64,000 nt of DNA from an uncultured delta proteobacterium (lineage in GTDB: Bacteria > Desulfobacterota > RBG-13-43-22): contig CAWBOS010000010.1 in the NCBI GenBank assembly GCA_963790475.1, positions 1,728,001 through 1,792,000 of the forward strand, read 5' to 3'. Positions within the stretch are counted from its first letter, which is position 1. The number at the start of each line of letters is the position of its first letter. A model generated the notes under the pieces. It had not been told where the DNA came from and searched no databases. It saw only the letters and a list, made by a program, of their open reading frames with translations. Position numbers and translations under genes: made by a program. Positions 23,652 to 32,504 of the stretch are shown here, piece after piece.

Positions 23652-24401
23652 ATGAAATTAAGAGGATTAGTAGTAGCCGGTTTTTTGACTTTGACTTTGA
23701 TTTTGGCCTCTCGGGCGTGGTCGGCAACCGGCATGGAAATGGTCCTGGTCAAGGGCGGTTGTTATCAGATGGGTGATACCTTCGGGGATGGATTTACGGA
23801 TGAGAAGCCGGTCCATGAGGTCTGCGTCGATGATTTTTATCTCGGGAAGTATGAGGTCACCCAGGGGCAATGGCAGGCGGTTATGGGGAATAACCCGGCT
23901 GATTTTAAAAATGGGGACAATTATCCGGTTGAGAATATTAGTTGGAATAATGCCCGGGAATTTATTCAAAAACTAAATCAAAAAGCCGGGAAAAGGTATC
24001 GCCTGCCCACAGAAGCCGAATGGGAATATGCGGCCCGGAGCGGGGGGAGTGGTGAGAAATGGGCCGGGACCAGCAATGAATCAGAGCTTGGGGACTATGC
24101 CTGGTATTACGCGAATTCGGGAAACAAGACCCACTCGGTAGGGGAGAAGAGGCCGAATGGTCTGGGCTTGTATGATATGAGCGGCAATGTCTGGGAGTGG
24201 TGTCAGGACATTTATAATGCTCATGCTTACAAAGAACATTCCCAGACTAACCCTATATATGTGGGTTCAGAGGCAAGCCGTGTGCTCCGGGGGGGAAGCT
24301 GGATCGACAAACCAAGGGGCCTGCGGGTTCCCTGCCGTGGCGACAACGCGCCCGACTTCAAACGCTACGACATCGGCTTGCGCCTTGCAGAACCGAAGTA
24401 A
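23652..24401 (+). CDS. Secreted FGE-sulfatase (SUMF1/C-type-lectin fold) domain protein with DGR-VR-like C-terminus
   Basis: Signal peptide, YEVTQGQW, RLPTEAEWEYAAR, GLYDMSGNVWEWC, RVLRGGSW...IGLRLA. Confidence 0.9.
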   Translation: MKLRGLVVAGFLTLTLILASRAWSATGMEMVLVKGGCYQMGDTFGDGFTDEKPVHEVCVDDFYLGKYEVTQGQWQAVMGNNPADFKNGDNYPVENISWNNAREFIQKLNQKAGKRYRLPTEAEWEYAARSGGSGEKWAGTSNESELGDYAWYYANSGNKTHSVGEKRPNGLGLYDMSGNVWEWCQDIYNAHAYKEHSQTNPIYVGSEASRVLRGGSWIDKPRGLRVPCRGDNAPDFKRYDIGLRLAEPK

Positions 24402-24579
24402 CCTTATGGATTATTACCTTTTTACCTTTTGAAAGTTTTTCCTCCAATTTATACAAAGTGTATATAGGCGTTATTATTTTATGGCGGCATTGTGTGACCA
24501 TGCCCTTCTTCCTCGCTCGTCTCAATTATTAACTACAATATGGCAAGCTGAAATCCTCAGAGCTCCTTAATGAAACTTA

Positions 24580-24607
24580 ACCTTGTCCACTTTTTCGGGG
24601 AAGGTCA
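24580..24607 (-). mobile_element. Isolated IS-like terminal inverted-repeat remnant (IS3-family-like)
   Basis: Minus strand TGACCTTCCCCGAAAAAGTGGACAAGGT resembles IS3-family ends; no transposase or partner end seen. Confidence 0.35.
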
Positions 24608-24761
24608 ATCAATAATCATTAAAACAGATCAATTGCCGAATATACAGGCGGGCATTAAAAATACCTGCCTTTTATCCAAAAAATACTTTGATCACAGTAT
24701 TTACGTAGGCCTATTTTGCGAATAATTATTATTTTAATATCGGATAGGAAAGGGAACCAGG

Positions 24762-24869
24762 ATGAGAATACTTCTACGGGCGAGAATTCCCACCAAGAGT
24801 TCAATGCTGCTGTTCGAGACGGTAGCGTGGGAGGAAAAATAAAATAAATTCTAAGTGAAACAAAGCCTG
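24762..24869 (+). pseudogene. N-terminal fragment of a small conserved hypothetical protein
   Basis: MRILLRARIP-(frameshift)-HQEFNAAVRDGSVGGKIK*ILSETKP after a GGAAAGGG RBS; resembles the ...FNAAVRDG..G.K...IL.E.KP family from memory; truncated. Confidence 0.5.
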
Positions 24870-24921
24870 TACCCTCTATTGGAGATAAAGCGGAGTTTCC
24901 CGGTATGCAGGATATAGATCA

Positions 24922-25680
24922 ATGATTACTATCGACCAATCTGGTTTTATTGGGAAGGGATTTCATAGGGAATGCTATAGACACCCCGAGAATAAGAATC
25001 GCTGCATCAAAGTGATTTGGGCCGGTCACCCCAAAGAAAGCCAACGCGAGAAAAGGTACTACAGACACCTTGAAACAAGAGGAATTTCCTGGGATATGAT
25101 TCCCAGGTATTATGGTGACATTCAAACAAATCTGGGTCCAGGTTCTGTTTTCGATTTGATTGTCGATCACGACTTTGTAGTATCAAAAAGTTTGGAATAT
25201 TACTTGTCCTCAGAAGAGAAAACAAAAACATATTATGACAGCCTGTCAAATTCATTATATTTACTGAAAGACTATTTATTTCAAAATCTGATCATAACAC
25301 AAAATCTGGCACTTAGTAACATTCTGTGTCGAAAGACTGAGTTTGGAATTTCTCGATTATTTATTGTCGATAACATAGGTAATACGGATTTCATCCCGAT
25401 TTGCACTTACAATAATTATTTTGCAGTGAGAAAAATATCCAGAAAATGGCAACGCTTTGAGGACAGCATGTTGAATTCCTACAAGCATAACAATGCGCTG
25501 CATCGGATGCTCACAAGTTTGCAACACAGAGCTCTACCGATATCACCGTCACTTCATCCAATTTCAATGAAATCACGCTACAAAGATGCTCATTTGGCGT
25601 CAGACTCCCTCTGCCAATATGTGAAGTTTAGCCGGCAATCTTTAAGGCTGAATTATACGCAGCCTCATTTCTCGGACTAA
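24922..25680 (+). CDS. YrbL-family (PhoP regulatory network) kinase-like protein
   Basis: IGKGFHRECYRHP, CIKV, PRYYGDIQTNLGPG, IVDNIG. Confidence 0.8.
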   Translation: MITIDQSGFIGKGFHRECYRHPENKNRCIKVIWAGHPKESQREKRYYRHLETRGISWDMIPRYYGDIQTNLGPGSVFDLIVDHDFVVSKSLEYYLSSEEKTKTYYDSLSNSLYLLKDYLFQNLIITQNLALSNILCRKTEFGISRLFIVDNIGNTDFIPICTYNNYFAVRKISRKWQRFEDSMLNSYKHNNALHRMLTSLQHRALPISPSLHPISMKSRYKDAHLASDSLCQYVKFSRQSLRLNYTQPHFSD

Positions 25681-26009
25681 GCGGCTGTTTTGTAAAGCAC
25701 GGAGGAAACGATCTCCTGGATTTCCTTCGGAGTAGTGGCACTGAGGGCCTCCTTGGCCAGGGCTTCCGCCCGGTCTATTGTAATCTGACGGATGGCGTGA
25801 CGTACGCCCGCAACTTGGATTTTTCTTTCCATCCAAGACGCCAGTCCGATCGGTATCAAATACAGGAGGGGAAAGCGGATATCTCGCCCTGTGGTAAAGT
25901 CAACGAGCAAGGTGACCAGAGTAATGAATATGCAAATAGTCGATGGGTTTTTTCGGGTAATCTGGACCACAAATCGCATAGGTCGTTTCATGGGCGCACT
26001 CCTCTTCAT
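25677..26009 (-). pseudogene. Chimeric remnant: membrane-sensor-like N-terminus fused to a PTS enzyme I-like C-terminal tail
   Basis: LLVDFTTGRDIRFPLLYLIPIGLASW followed abruptly by VRHAIRQITIDRAEALAKEALSATTPKEIQEIV. Confidence 0.45.
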
Positions 26010-26046
26010 ACTTCACAGGGCCGACTTATTTGTTTAGATTGCTCTA

Positions 26047-26074
26047 TCAGACAGAAAAAAATTTTGTTAAGTTA
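26047..26074 (-). promoter_or_regulatory. Putative ECF-sigma promoter TAAC-N18-GTCTGA
   Basis: Minus strand TTTTTAAC-ttaacaaaatttttttct-GTCTGA, 37 nt before ATG 26009. Confidence 0.55.
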
Positions 26075-26139
26075 AAAATATAAACCTTTTGCTTCCGATT
26101 TTATAAAGTTCTTTTGTTCCACAAACAGGTTAATAAATT

Positions 26140-26167
26140 TGACTTAACAAAATCACATCCGGTCTAT
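26140..26167 (+). promoter_or_regulatory. Putative ECF-sigma promoter TGAC-N18-GTCTAT
   Basis: TGAC-ttaacaaaatcacatccg-GTCTAT-CCGGGAATAAG. Confidence 0.45.
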
Positions 26168-26249
26168 CCGGGAATAAGGCTCCCCTAAAAGCCAGCAGGA
26201 GTCCGGTTTTACCATCTACAATGAACGAATCCTCAAGGAAATTGATGCC

Positions 26250-26539
26250 ATGTCTCAACTAAGAATGAATAAACTTCTTGAAGAGATATTTGCATCCACC
26301 TTTTTCCCATATCAGCCGCCATGGTCGGGGTATGCCTGACGGTAATCGGACTTATCCGCGTTTTTATTTCCGTCCAGAAGATCGATACCTTGGCCGACGA
26401 TCTTCTGGCTGTAGAGGCCCTTCTCTTTCTCTGTTCCTGTCTTTGTGCTTATTGGGTCTTACCGATGCGTAGTATTCGTAGAAGGCAACGCCTGGAAGCG
26501 GTTGCCGACCTCTTTTTTGTGAGATGGATTCGGGACTGA
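26250..26539 (+). pseudogene. Small conserved membrane protein, frameshifted and probably 3'-truncated
   Basis: Adding one base near 26285 gives ...EEDICIHLFPISAAMVGVCLTVIGLIRV...DTLADDLLA. Confidence 0.6.
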
Positions 26540-26573
26540 AAAAGTCTGAATCTCCCCTAATGGAATCGAAATC

Positions 26574-28106
26574 TCAATCTAATTGAAAAGTCACATAGTA
26601 GAGTTTTGTCCCCCGTTCCACTTGTAGAACCAAGTAACTACCGGGTTTCAGATGATGCAATGCAGAATTAAGCGACTCGATGTTGTTGATGGCGACTCCA
26701 TTCAGGGCATGAATGATGTCCCCTGGGAGCAGGGGGTTCTTAGCCCCTCCCACCGAGGCGATTTTGGCTACCACGATGACTCCGGAGTCCAACCGAATCC
26801 CGGGAAGTAGCGGAAGGACCTTGGGATCGACATTGAGGCCCACAATCCCCATTCTTCGCACCCGGTTTTTCTCAGGGTCCGCCATGTCAAACAAGCGATC
26901 TACATTTTCATGCTGTTCGGTGACCCTGACTTCGAAGGACAACTTCTCAGTTCCTCTAAGGACTTCCATTTTAAGGTTCTCCCCGGGGGTGACCAGAAAG
27001 AAACTGATCCCGAAAAGAGGAAGATTGTCGACCGGTCTCCCCTTGACCGTCAGTATGATGTCCTGAACTTTAAGTCCCGCCTCATCGGCGGGAGATCCAG
27101 GGAAAACATCGCTGATAATGACCCCCCAGTCTCTGGGAAGGCCGAGGGCGGTAGCCATCCCCGGTGAGATGGATTGAACCTTAATGCCGATTACTCCACG
27201 GTGTAGGTGACCGTATTGACGGAGTTGAGGATAGACGAAGCTGACGATGGCACTGGGAATGGCGAATCCCAAGGCCTCATTTCCTCCGGACTGAGAAAGG
27301 ATGAAAGTATTGATCCCCATCAGTTCTCCATTCACGTTTACCAGCGGACCACCGCTATTGCCGGGATTGATGGCGGCGTCTGTTTGAATGAAAACCAATG
27401 GACTGTCGGGATCGAGTTGACGGGCGACCGCACTCACCACCCCCATCGAGACGGAGTTCCGCAGTCCGCTGGGACTGCCAAAAGTGAAAACGATCTCTCC
27501 CTGCCTAAGACTTTCGTAATTTCCAATGGGCAATGCCGGCAGTCCCTTGGCCTCCACCTTCAGTAACGCCAGATCCAATTCGTTTGAGACTCCAATTACC
27601 CGCGCATCAAGGGTGCGCTCCAGCAAGGCAGAGCGTGAAAAGGCGGAATCCCCCTCATCCCCCAAAGAGGTCAAAACCACCTGGACCCGGTGCTCACCAC
27701 TGATGACATGGGCATTGGTTACGATATATCCATCAGAATCGATGATAGCCCCGGATCCGATGACACGCTGCATTCCAAAAACCAAATTTGCCTCTCTATG
27801 ACTTTGTTCATCCAAAGGTCTGAATCCTGTGACCAGCACCTGCACCACACTCGGGGAAACTTTTTTTACAAGGGCCTCCACAGAATTATTGAATTGATTG
27901 AGGGCGTCAGGAGCCTGAGCCTTCAGGGCAGATTGGGCCTGTATTTCTCCCGCCAGGAGGCCACAACACAAAAGGCTGATTACCATTGGTCCAGGTCGAA
28001 TATTCCGCAGTCGAAACAAAAGTCCTTGAACCTGGTTCCACATAAAATTGCCAATGTTTCGATCTGAATTCTCTACATTATTTTTATCTATATTTTTATC
28101 TATCAT
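26574..28106 (-). CDS. degP: HtrA/DegP/DegQ-family serine protease with two PDZ domains
   Basis: Catalytic triad motifs TNAHV, DLALL, INPGNSGGPL; two PDZ-like C-terminal domains. Confidence 0.92.
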   Translation of the reverse strand: MIDKNIDKNNVENSDRNIGNFMWNQVQGLLFRLRNIRPGPMVISLLCCGLLAGEIQAQSALKAQAPDALNQFNNSVEALVKKVSPSVVQVLVTGFRPLDEQSHREANLVFGMQRVIGSGAIIDSDGYIVTNAHVISGEHRVQVVLTSLGDEGDSAFSRSALLERTLDARVIGVSNELDLALLKVEAKGLPALPIGNYESLRQGEIVFTFGSPSGLRNSVSMGVVSAVARQLDPDSPLVFIQTDAAINPGNSGGPLVNVNGELMGINTFILSQSGGNEALGFAIPSAIVSFVYPQLRQYGHLHRGVIGIKVQSISPGMATALGLPRDWGVIISDVFPGSPADEAGLKVQDIILTVKGRPVDNLPLFGISFFLVTPGENLKMEVLRGTEKLSFEVRVTEQHENVDRLFDMADPEKNRVRRMGIVGLNVDPKVLPLLPGIRLDSGVIVVAKIASVGGAKNPLLPGDIIHALNGVAINNIESLNSALHHLKPGSYLVLQVERGTKLYYVTFQLD

Positions 28107-28374
28107 CGCCCACCTCTTTGGTAACTTCTTGTCCGAAAGTGCAAGTAAGAGTTAAGAGCAGACGCCTTAATTTATGATCTACCTTTATTGCTTTCTCCCG
28201 TTCTCTTTATATTCTTCATAGCTGGGGAGTTTTTGGGACACCAGCTCATTGGAAAGATTGACAATCTGTTCCCGTTGTTTTAAGACTTCGTAAACCCCTT
28301 CATAAACCTTTTCTTTGGATGCGGACTCGGCCACTATGAAAATAAAGAAAAGTATGGGATTAATTTGAAGGTGC

Positions 28375-28566
28375 TCATATTTTGAATTCCGGCAACTTAT
28401 ATTTTGCCCGGATCTCAGCTCCTTTATCCTCAGGGATGGATTTCATATAGGCCTTCCAGCCTGGGCACCAATTGATATGCCACCGCCAGAAACGACCCAG
28501 GAATGATTTGGGATTTCGATCAAATTTTGCCCGCCAGGAACATTGATCGCATTTGGGGTCGGCCAT
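28375..28566 (-). CDS. Small Trp/Cys-rich conserved hypothetical protein
   Basis: AAGGAG RBS, CDQC...WRWHINWCPGW, own strong promoter. Confidence 0.75.
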   Translation of the reverse strand: MADPKCDQCSWRAKFDRNPKSFLGRFWRWHINWCPGWKAYMKSIPEDKGAEIRAKYKLPEFKI

Positions 28567-28608
28567 GTCGAAGTCTCCTTTCTCTGTATACGATTATGAG
28601 GATAGAAA

Positions 28609-28637
28609 ATTATAAGAAATGGATCAAGGGTGGTCAA
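28609..28637 (-). promoter_or_regulatory. Sigma70 promoter TTGACC-N17-TATAAT
   Basis: Near-perfect consensus 42 nt upstream of ATG 28566. Confidence 0.65.
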
Positions 28638-28767
28638 GGAAAATTCCAAATGAAAAAATCTTCGTATTACTTTTTTTAACTTTTAGTAGAAAATTCTGAT
28701 ATGTTAAAAAGCTAAAAAACGATTGAGGACTCGGAATAAGTCGTCACCCCTCTATGTTGAAAACCGG

Positions 28768-28901
28768 TCCCGCCAAAGGGCGGGATGGATACCGGCTTTC
28801 GCCGGTATGACGGCGTTGATGGCACTTCCAGGAATTGCGACACAGCCTCCTCGCCGGAATGACAAGGACAGGCCTTTGGCGGCTTTTTACAAGTCCATCA
28901 A
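28768..28901. repeat. Cluster of REP/MITE-like palindromes
   Basis: Hairpins TCCCGCC-AAAG-GGCGGGA and ATACCGGC-TTTC-GCCGGTAT(GAC), second half-site CGCCGGAATGAC, ends CTTTTTACAAGTCCATCAA. Confidence 0.5.
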
Positions 28902-28973
28902 GATTAAAAGTTCCCCCCAAAAAACACCGATCATCGGTTTCGGATTACAACCGATCTGATGAAAAGGAGAAAT

Positions 28974-31401
28974 ATGTCTAATAGAGCCTTAGAAGGTATT
29001 AAGGTGGTGGAATATGCCACCATGGTTTCCGGCCCCTATTGCGGAAAATTATTAGCGGACCTGGGGGCCGATATCATCAAAGTGGAACCGCCTGAAGGCG
29101 ATCCCTCCCGCCGCTGCGGCCCTTTTCCTAAAGAGGGAAAACACCCGGAAAAAAGCGCCCTCTTTCTCTATGCCAACACCAGCAAGCGCGGCATGACCCT
29201 GGATCTTGAAAAGCCGGAAGGACTCGAGGCCTTTAAAAAACTCCTCTGCTGGGCAGACGTTTTCATCGATAATCAGCCTGTCGGTTTTTTCGATCAGTAT
29301 AATCTTGGCTGGGAGGAAATTCACCGATTAAACCCCCGGCTTATTTATGCCTCCATCACCCCTTACGGCCGGACCGGCCCCAGGGCCAAGGCCAAAGGGG
29401 ATGAGCTGACGCTCATCCAGGCCGGTGGTGAGGGCAATCTCATACCGACCCGTTCCTTCGATTTGTCATTCCCTCCGGTCAAGTTCGGGGGATACCAGGT
29501 CGGCTATCACGGGGCCTTGAACGCGGCTGTGGGCATCATGGCCCTGATTTTAGGCGGAATGAAGACCGGTAAAGGACACCTGCTGGATATCTCTCTGCAG
29601 GAATGTGTTATCAACCTGCTCCCCGGAACTTTGCACAACCACCGCTACGACGGTTTCAACTGGGGCCGGGTCCCGGACCGGCCCCCGGCCATGGGCCGTA
29701 TGGAAACCAGTGACGGATATCATTACTCTGGGGGCCAATGACGATCACCATTTCCGGGCCCTGCGGGAACTGATGGGCAAACCGGACTGGCTGGCCGACG
29801 ACCGTTGGGATAACCGCGTTTATCGGGCCAACCATCTGATGGAAATCGCTCCTCAGTTGGATGCCTGGATGAAGCAACAGAAGAAACAGGATATCTACCA
29901 TAAGTTGGCCAAAGCGGGCATCCCGGTGGGGCCGATCAACTCAGCCGAAGAAGTCATGAACAATGAACAGTACAAAGCGCGAGGGTACTTCACCGAGGTC
30001 GACCATCCTGTAGCCGGTAAATACCAATATGCCGGTTGGCCTTACCGGTTGTCCGCTTCCCCGCCCAGGGTCTTCAGACCGGCCCCGCTCCTGGGACAGC
30101 ATAACGAAGAGGTCCGTCGGGAAATCCTCGACCAGGCCATAGAAGGGGCTGAGAAACCCGGCCAGGGCGCACCAGACCTGAAACTCCCTCTGCAGGGCCT
30201 GAGGGTCCTGGATTTTTCCTGGGTTTGGGCCGGTCCCTACGCCACCATGATGCTGGGCAATCTCGGGGCTGAAGTAATCAAAGTGGAAGGGCACGCCGAA
30301 CGGATATTGTTCGCCGGGCCGTCATGTGGCCCAGGTGGGAGCCGGAACCCCATCAGGTGCCGCCCAACCAGGGTTTGAGCTACAATTCCGTCAATCGGGA
30401 CAAGAAGAGTCTGACCCTGGACTTGAGCAAACCGGAAGGCATCCAACTGGCCAAGAGGCTGGCGGCTATGAGCGATATCGTCATCGATAACATGCGACCG
30501 GATGCCATGACCAAAATGGGTTTGGGTTACCAGGACCTGATCAAGATCAAACCGGACCTGATTGTGGTTTCCTCCTCCGGACGGGGTCATAATGGACCGG
30601 AAACGAACTATCTCGGTTTTGCCCAGATTCACCAGAGCGTCTCGGGTGTGGCTTATATATCCGGTTATCCGGAAGATCATCCCACCTTCGGGTCCCTGGG
30701 TCACACGGATATCACCAACGCCGTTACCACGGCCTTTGTCACCCTGGCCGCGATTCATCACCGGGAAAAGACGGGGGAAGGACAGTTCATCGATTATTCC
30801 CAGTGCGAAGGTTCGACCTGTCTGATCGGGGAGCAACTGCTCGGCTACCTGATGACCAACATTATTCCCGAACGCCAGGGCAACCGCCATCCCGAATATG
30901 CCCCGCATAATATGTATCAGTGCTGGGGCGTTGACCGTTGGCTGGCCCTGGAGGTCCATACCGATGAAGAATTCCGGGCCCTGACCCGGGTCATGAACAA
31001 ACCTGAGTTAGCCGACGATCCTCGGTTTGCCCGGCAGGTCCCCCGAAAGAAAAATGAAAAAGAACTGGATGGCATCATCGGGGAATGGACCCGCCAAAGA
31101 GACCGGGATTGGATGGTCGAGGAAATGTTAAAAGCCGGTCTGGCCGCCGCACCCTCACGGGACGCCGAAGATATTTATGCCGATCGTCACCTGAAGGCCC
31201 GGAATTTCTTCCTCAAGATTCAACATCCCGAACTGGGAGAACTGGAATTGGCCGGATTGCCCTGGAAAATCAGCGACACCGAATTGACCAGCCGGTCATG
31301 CCCCTTTGCTGGGGGAGCATAATCAATACGTGCTGCAGGGACTCCTGGGCTTAAGTGAATCGGAAATAGTCACTCTTCGTGCCAAAGATATTATCATGTA
31401 A
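28974..31401 (+). CDS. Tandem two-domain class III CoA-transferase (CaiB/BaiF) interrupted by three single-base indels
   Basis: Domain 1 ALEGIKVVE..GPYCGKLLADLGADIIKVE; domain 2 PLQGLRVLDFSWVWAGP..LGAEVIKVE; indels near 29721, 30294 and 31295 join the pieces through APLLGEHN to TAA 31399. Confidence 0.82.
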
Positions 31402-31480
31402 AGGAAGTGGGAGAATACCGTTCGTCGGACAGCTAGAAAAACCTGAACATAACCACATAAACGTGATATAATCTGACAAT

Positions 31481-31753
31481 ATGAAAATCGAATGGGACCC
31501 AAGAAAGGCTAAATCCAATATAAAGAAACACGGAGTTTCATTTGAGGAGGCAGCAACCGCCTTAAGTGATCCCATGGCCGCAACTGGTGTCGATCCTGAC
31601 CATTCCATAAGTGAAGAACGTTATATTACCTTCGGTATTTCAGAAAAAGGTCGACTTGTGGTGGTATCTCACACCGAAAAGGACGAAGCAATTCGAATCA
31701 TAAGTACCCGCAAGGCGAGCAAAGGAGAAAGAGAACTCTATGAAGAAGGATAA
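31481..31753 (+). CDS. brnT: BrnT-family toxin
   Basis: EWDPRKAKSNIKKHGVSFEEA...EERYITFG...IRIISTRKA. Confidence 0.9.
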   Translation: MKIEWDPRKAKSNIKKHGVSFEEAATALSDPMAATGVDPDHSISEERYITFGISEKGRLVVVSHTEKDEAIRIISTRKASKGERELYEEG

Positions 31754-32006
31754 AGGACTTGATAAAGACGAATTGCGGGCTGAGTATAAGCGCTCTGATT
31801 TTAAAGGCGGCTTTGTACGAGGGAAGTACGCAAAACGTTTAAAAGAATCATCTAACGTGATTGTCCTCAGGCCGGAAGTCGCTCAGGCATTCCCGAATGA
31901 AGAAGCAGTGAATAATGCCCTTCTTACACTTATTGATATTGCTAATAAAACAACACGGCCCAAAAGACGCTCTACCGGGTCAAATGGAAATCGGGCTTCC
32001 CGGTGA
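31740..32006 (+). CDS. BrnA-like antitoxin
   Basis: Overlaps brnT; LRAEY..DF...RGKYA...VAQAFPNEEAVNNAL. Confidence 0.8.
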   Translation: MKKDKGLDKDELRAEYKRSDFKGGFVRGKYAKRLKESSNVIVLRPEVAQAFPNEEAVNNALLTLIDIANKTTRPKRRSTGSNGNRASR

Positions 32007-32010
32007 TCTT
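31958..32010 (+). repeat. Degenerate attC-like remnant at the 3' end of the antitoxin gene
   Basis: GCCCAAA-agacg-CTCTACCGG...CCGGTGATC; R' core missing. Confidence 0.3.
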
Positions 32011-32073
32011 TTCCTTCCCCAGCCAGCTACAGCACCCTTTAGAAAAAGGAGAGAGATATTTTTATTATTAACC

Positions 32074-32442
32074 ATGCCAAATCCCATTAAAATTATCATC
32101 GGACAGACAAATTTAAACGCCGAACTCTTCGATTCTCCCTGTGCCCGGGCCGTTTTCTCTTGCCTACCCATTGAAACCCGGCCCAATGAGTGGGGCGATG
32201 AGTTCTATTTTGGGATTCCGGTCAATATGCCTTTGGATGAATCGGCCAACCGGAAAGTGAAGGCCGGGGATATCGGCTATTGGCCGCCGGGCAAAGCCCT
32301 GGCCATATTTTTTGGCCCAACCCCGATGAGCACCGGTCCCGATCCGGTCCCAGCCAGCGAGGTCAATCTGGTGGGTCGGATCATCGATGATCCGACCCTC
32401 TTAAGGAAAGAAAAAGGCGCCGCCAAGATCAGATTGGGATGA
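32074..32442 (+). CDS. Cyclophilin-like fold protein (DUF369-like)
   Basis: WGDEFYF, GDIGYWPPGKALAIFFGPTP, VNLVGRI. Confidence 0.82.
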   Translation: MPNPIKIIIGQTNLNAELFDSPCARAVFSCLPIETRPNEWGDEFYFGIPVNMPLDESANRKVKAGDIGYWPPGKALAIFFGPTPMSTGPDPVPASEVNLVGRIIDDPTLLRKEKGAAKIRLG

Positions 32443-32504
32443 AGAAGGCACTCCGGGATCAAAATCCTTAAGTATAATAGAGAAAATCTCGGGAAAAATC
32501 CCTT

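Noticed and set aside
24852-24879. TAAG-N18-CTCTAT as a ninth ECF-like motif before the yrbL-like gene
   Set aside because: Both elements mismatch and most of it lies in the coding stub ILSETKP
28126-28154. TAAC-N17-GACAAG upstream of degP as a regulon member
   Set aside because: The -10 element does not match GTC(T)A; not supportable despite the functional fit
29715-31300. Programmed ribosomal frameshifting in the CoA-transferase
   Set aside because: Three shifts in mixed directions without slippery heptamers; error or decay is simpler
31915-32073. Extended start of the cyclophilin-like ORF
   Set aside because: Overlaps the antitoxin gene; family-like sequence begins at ATG 32074
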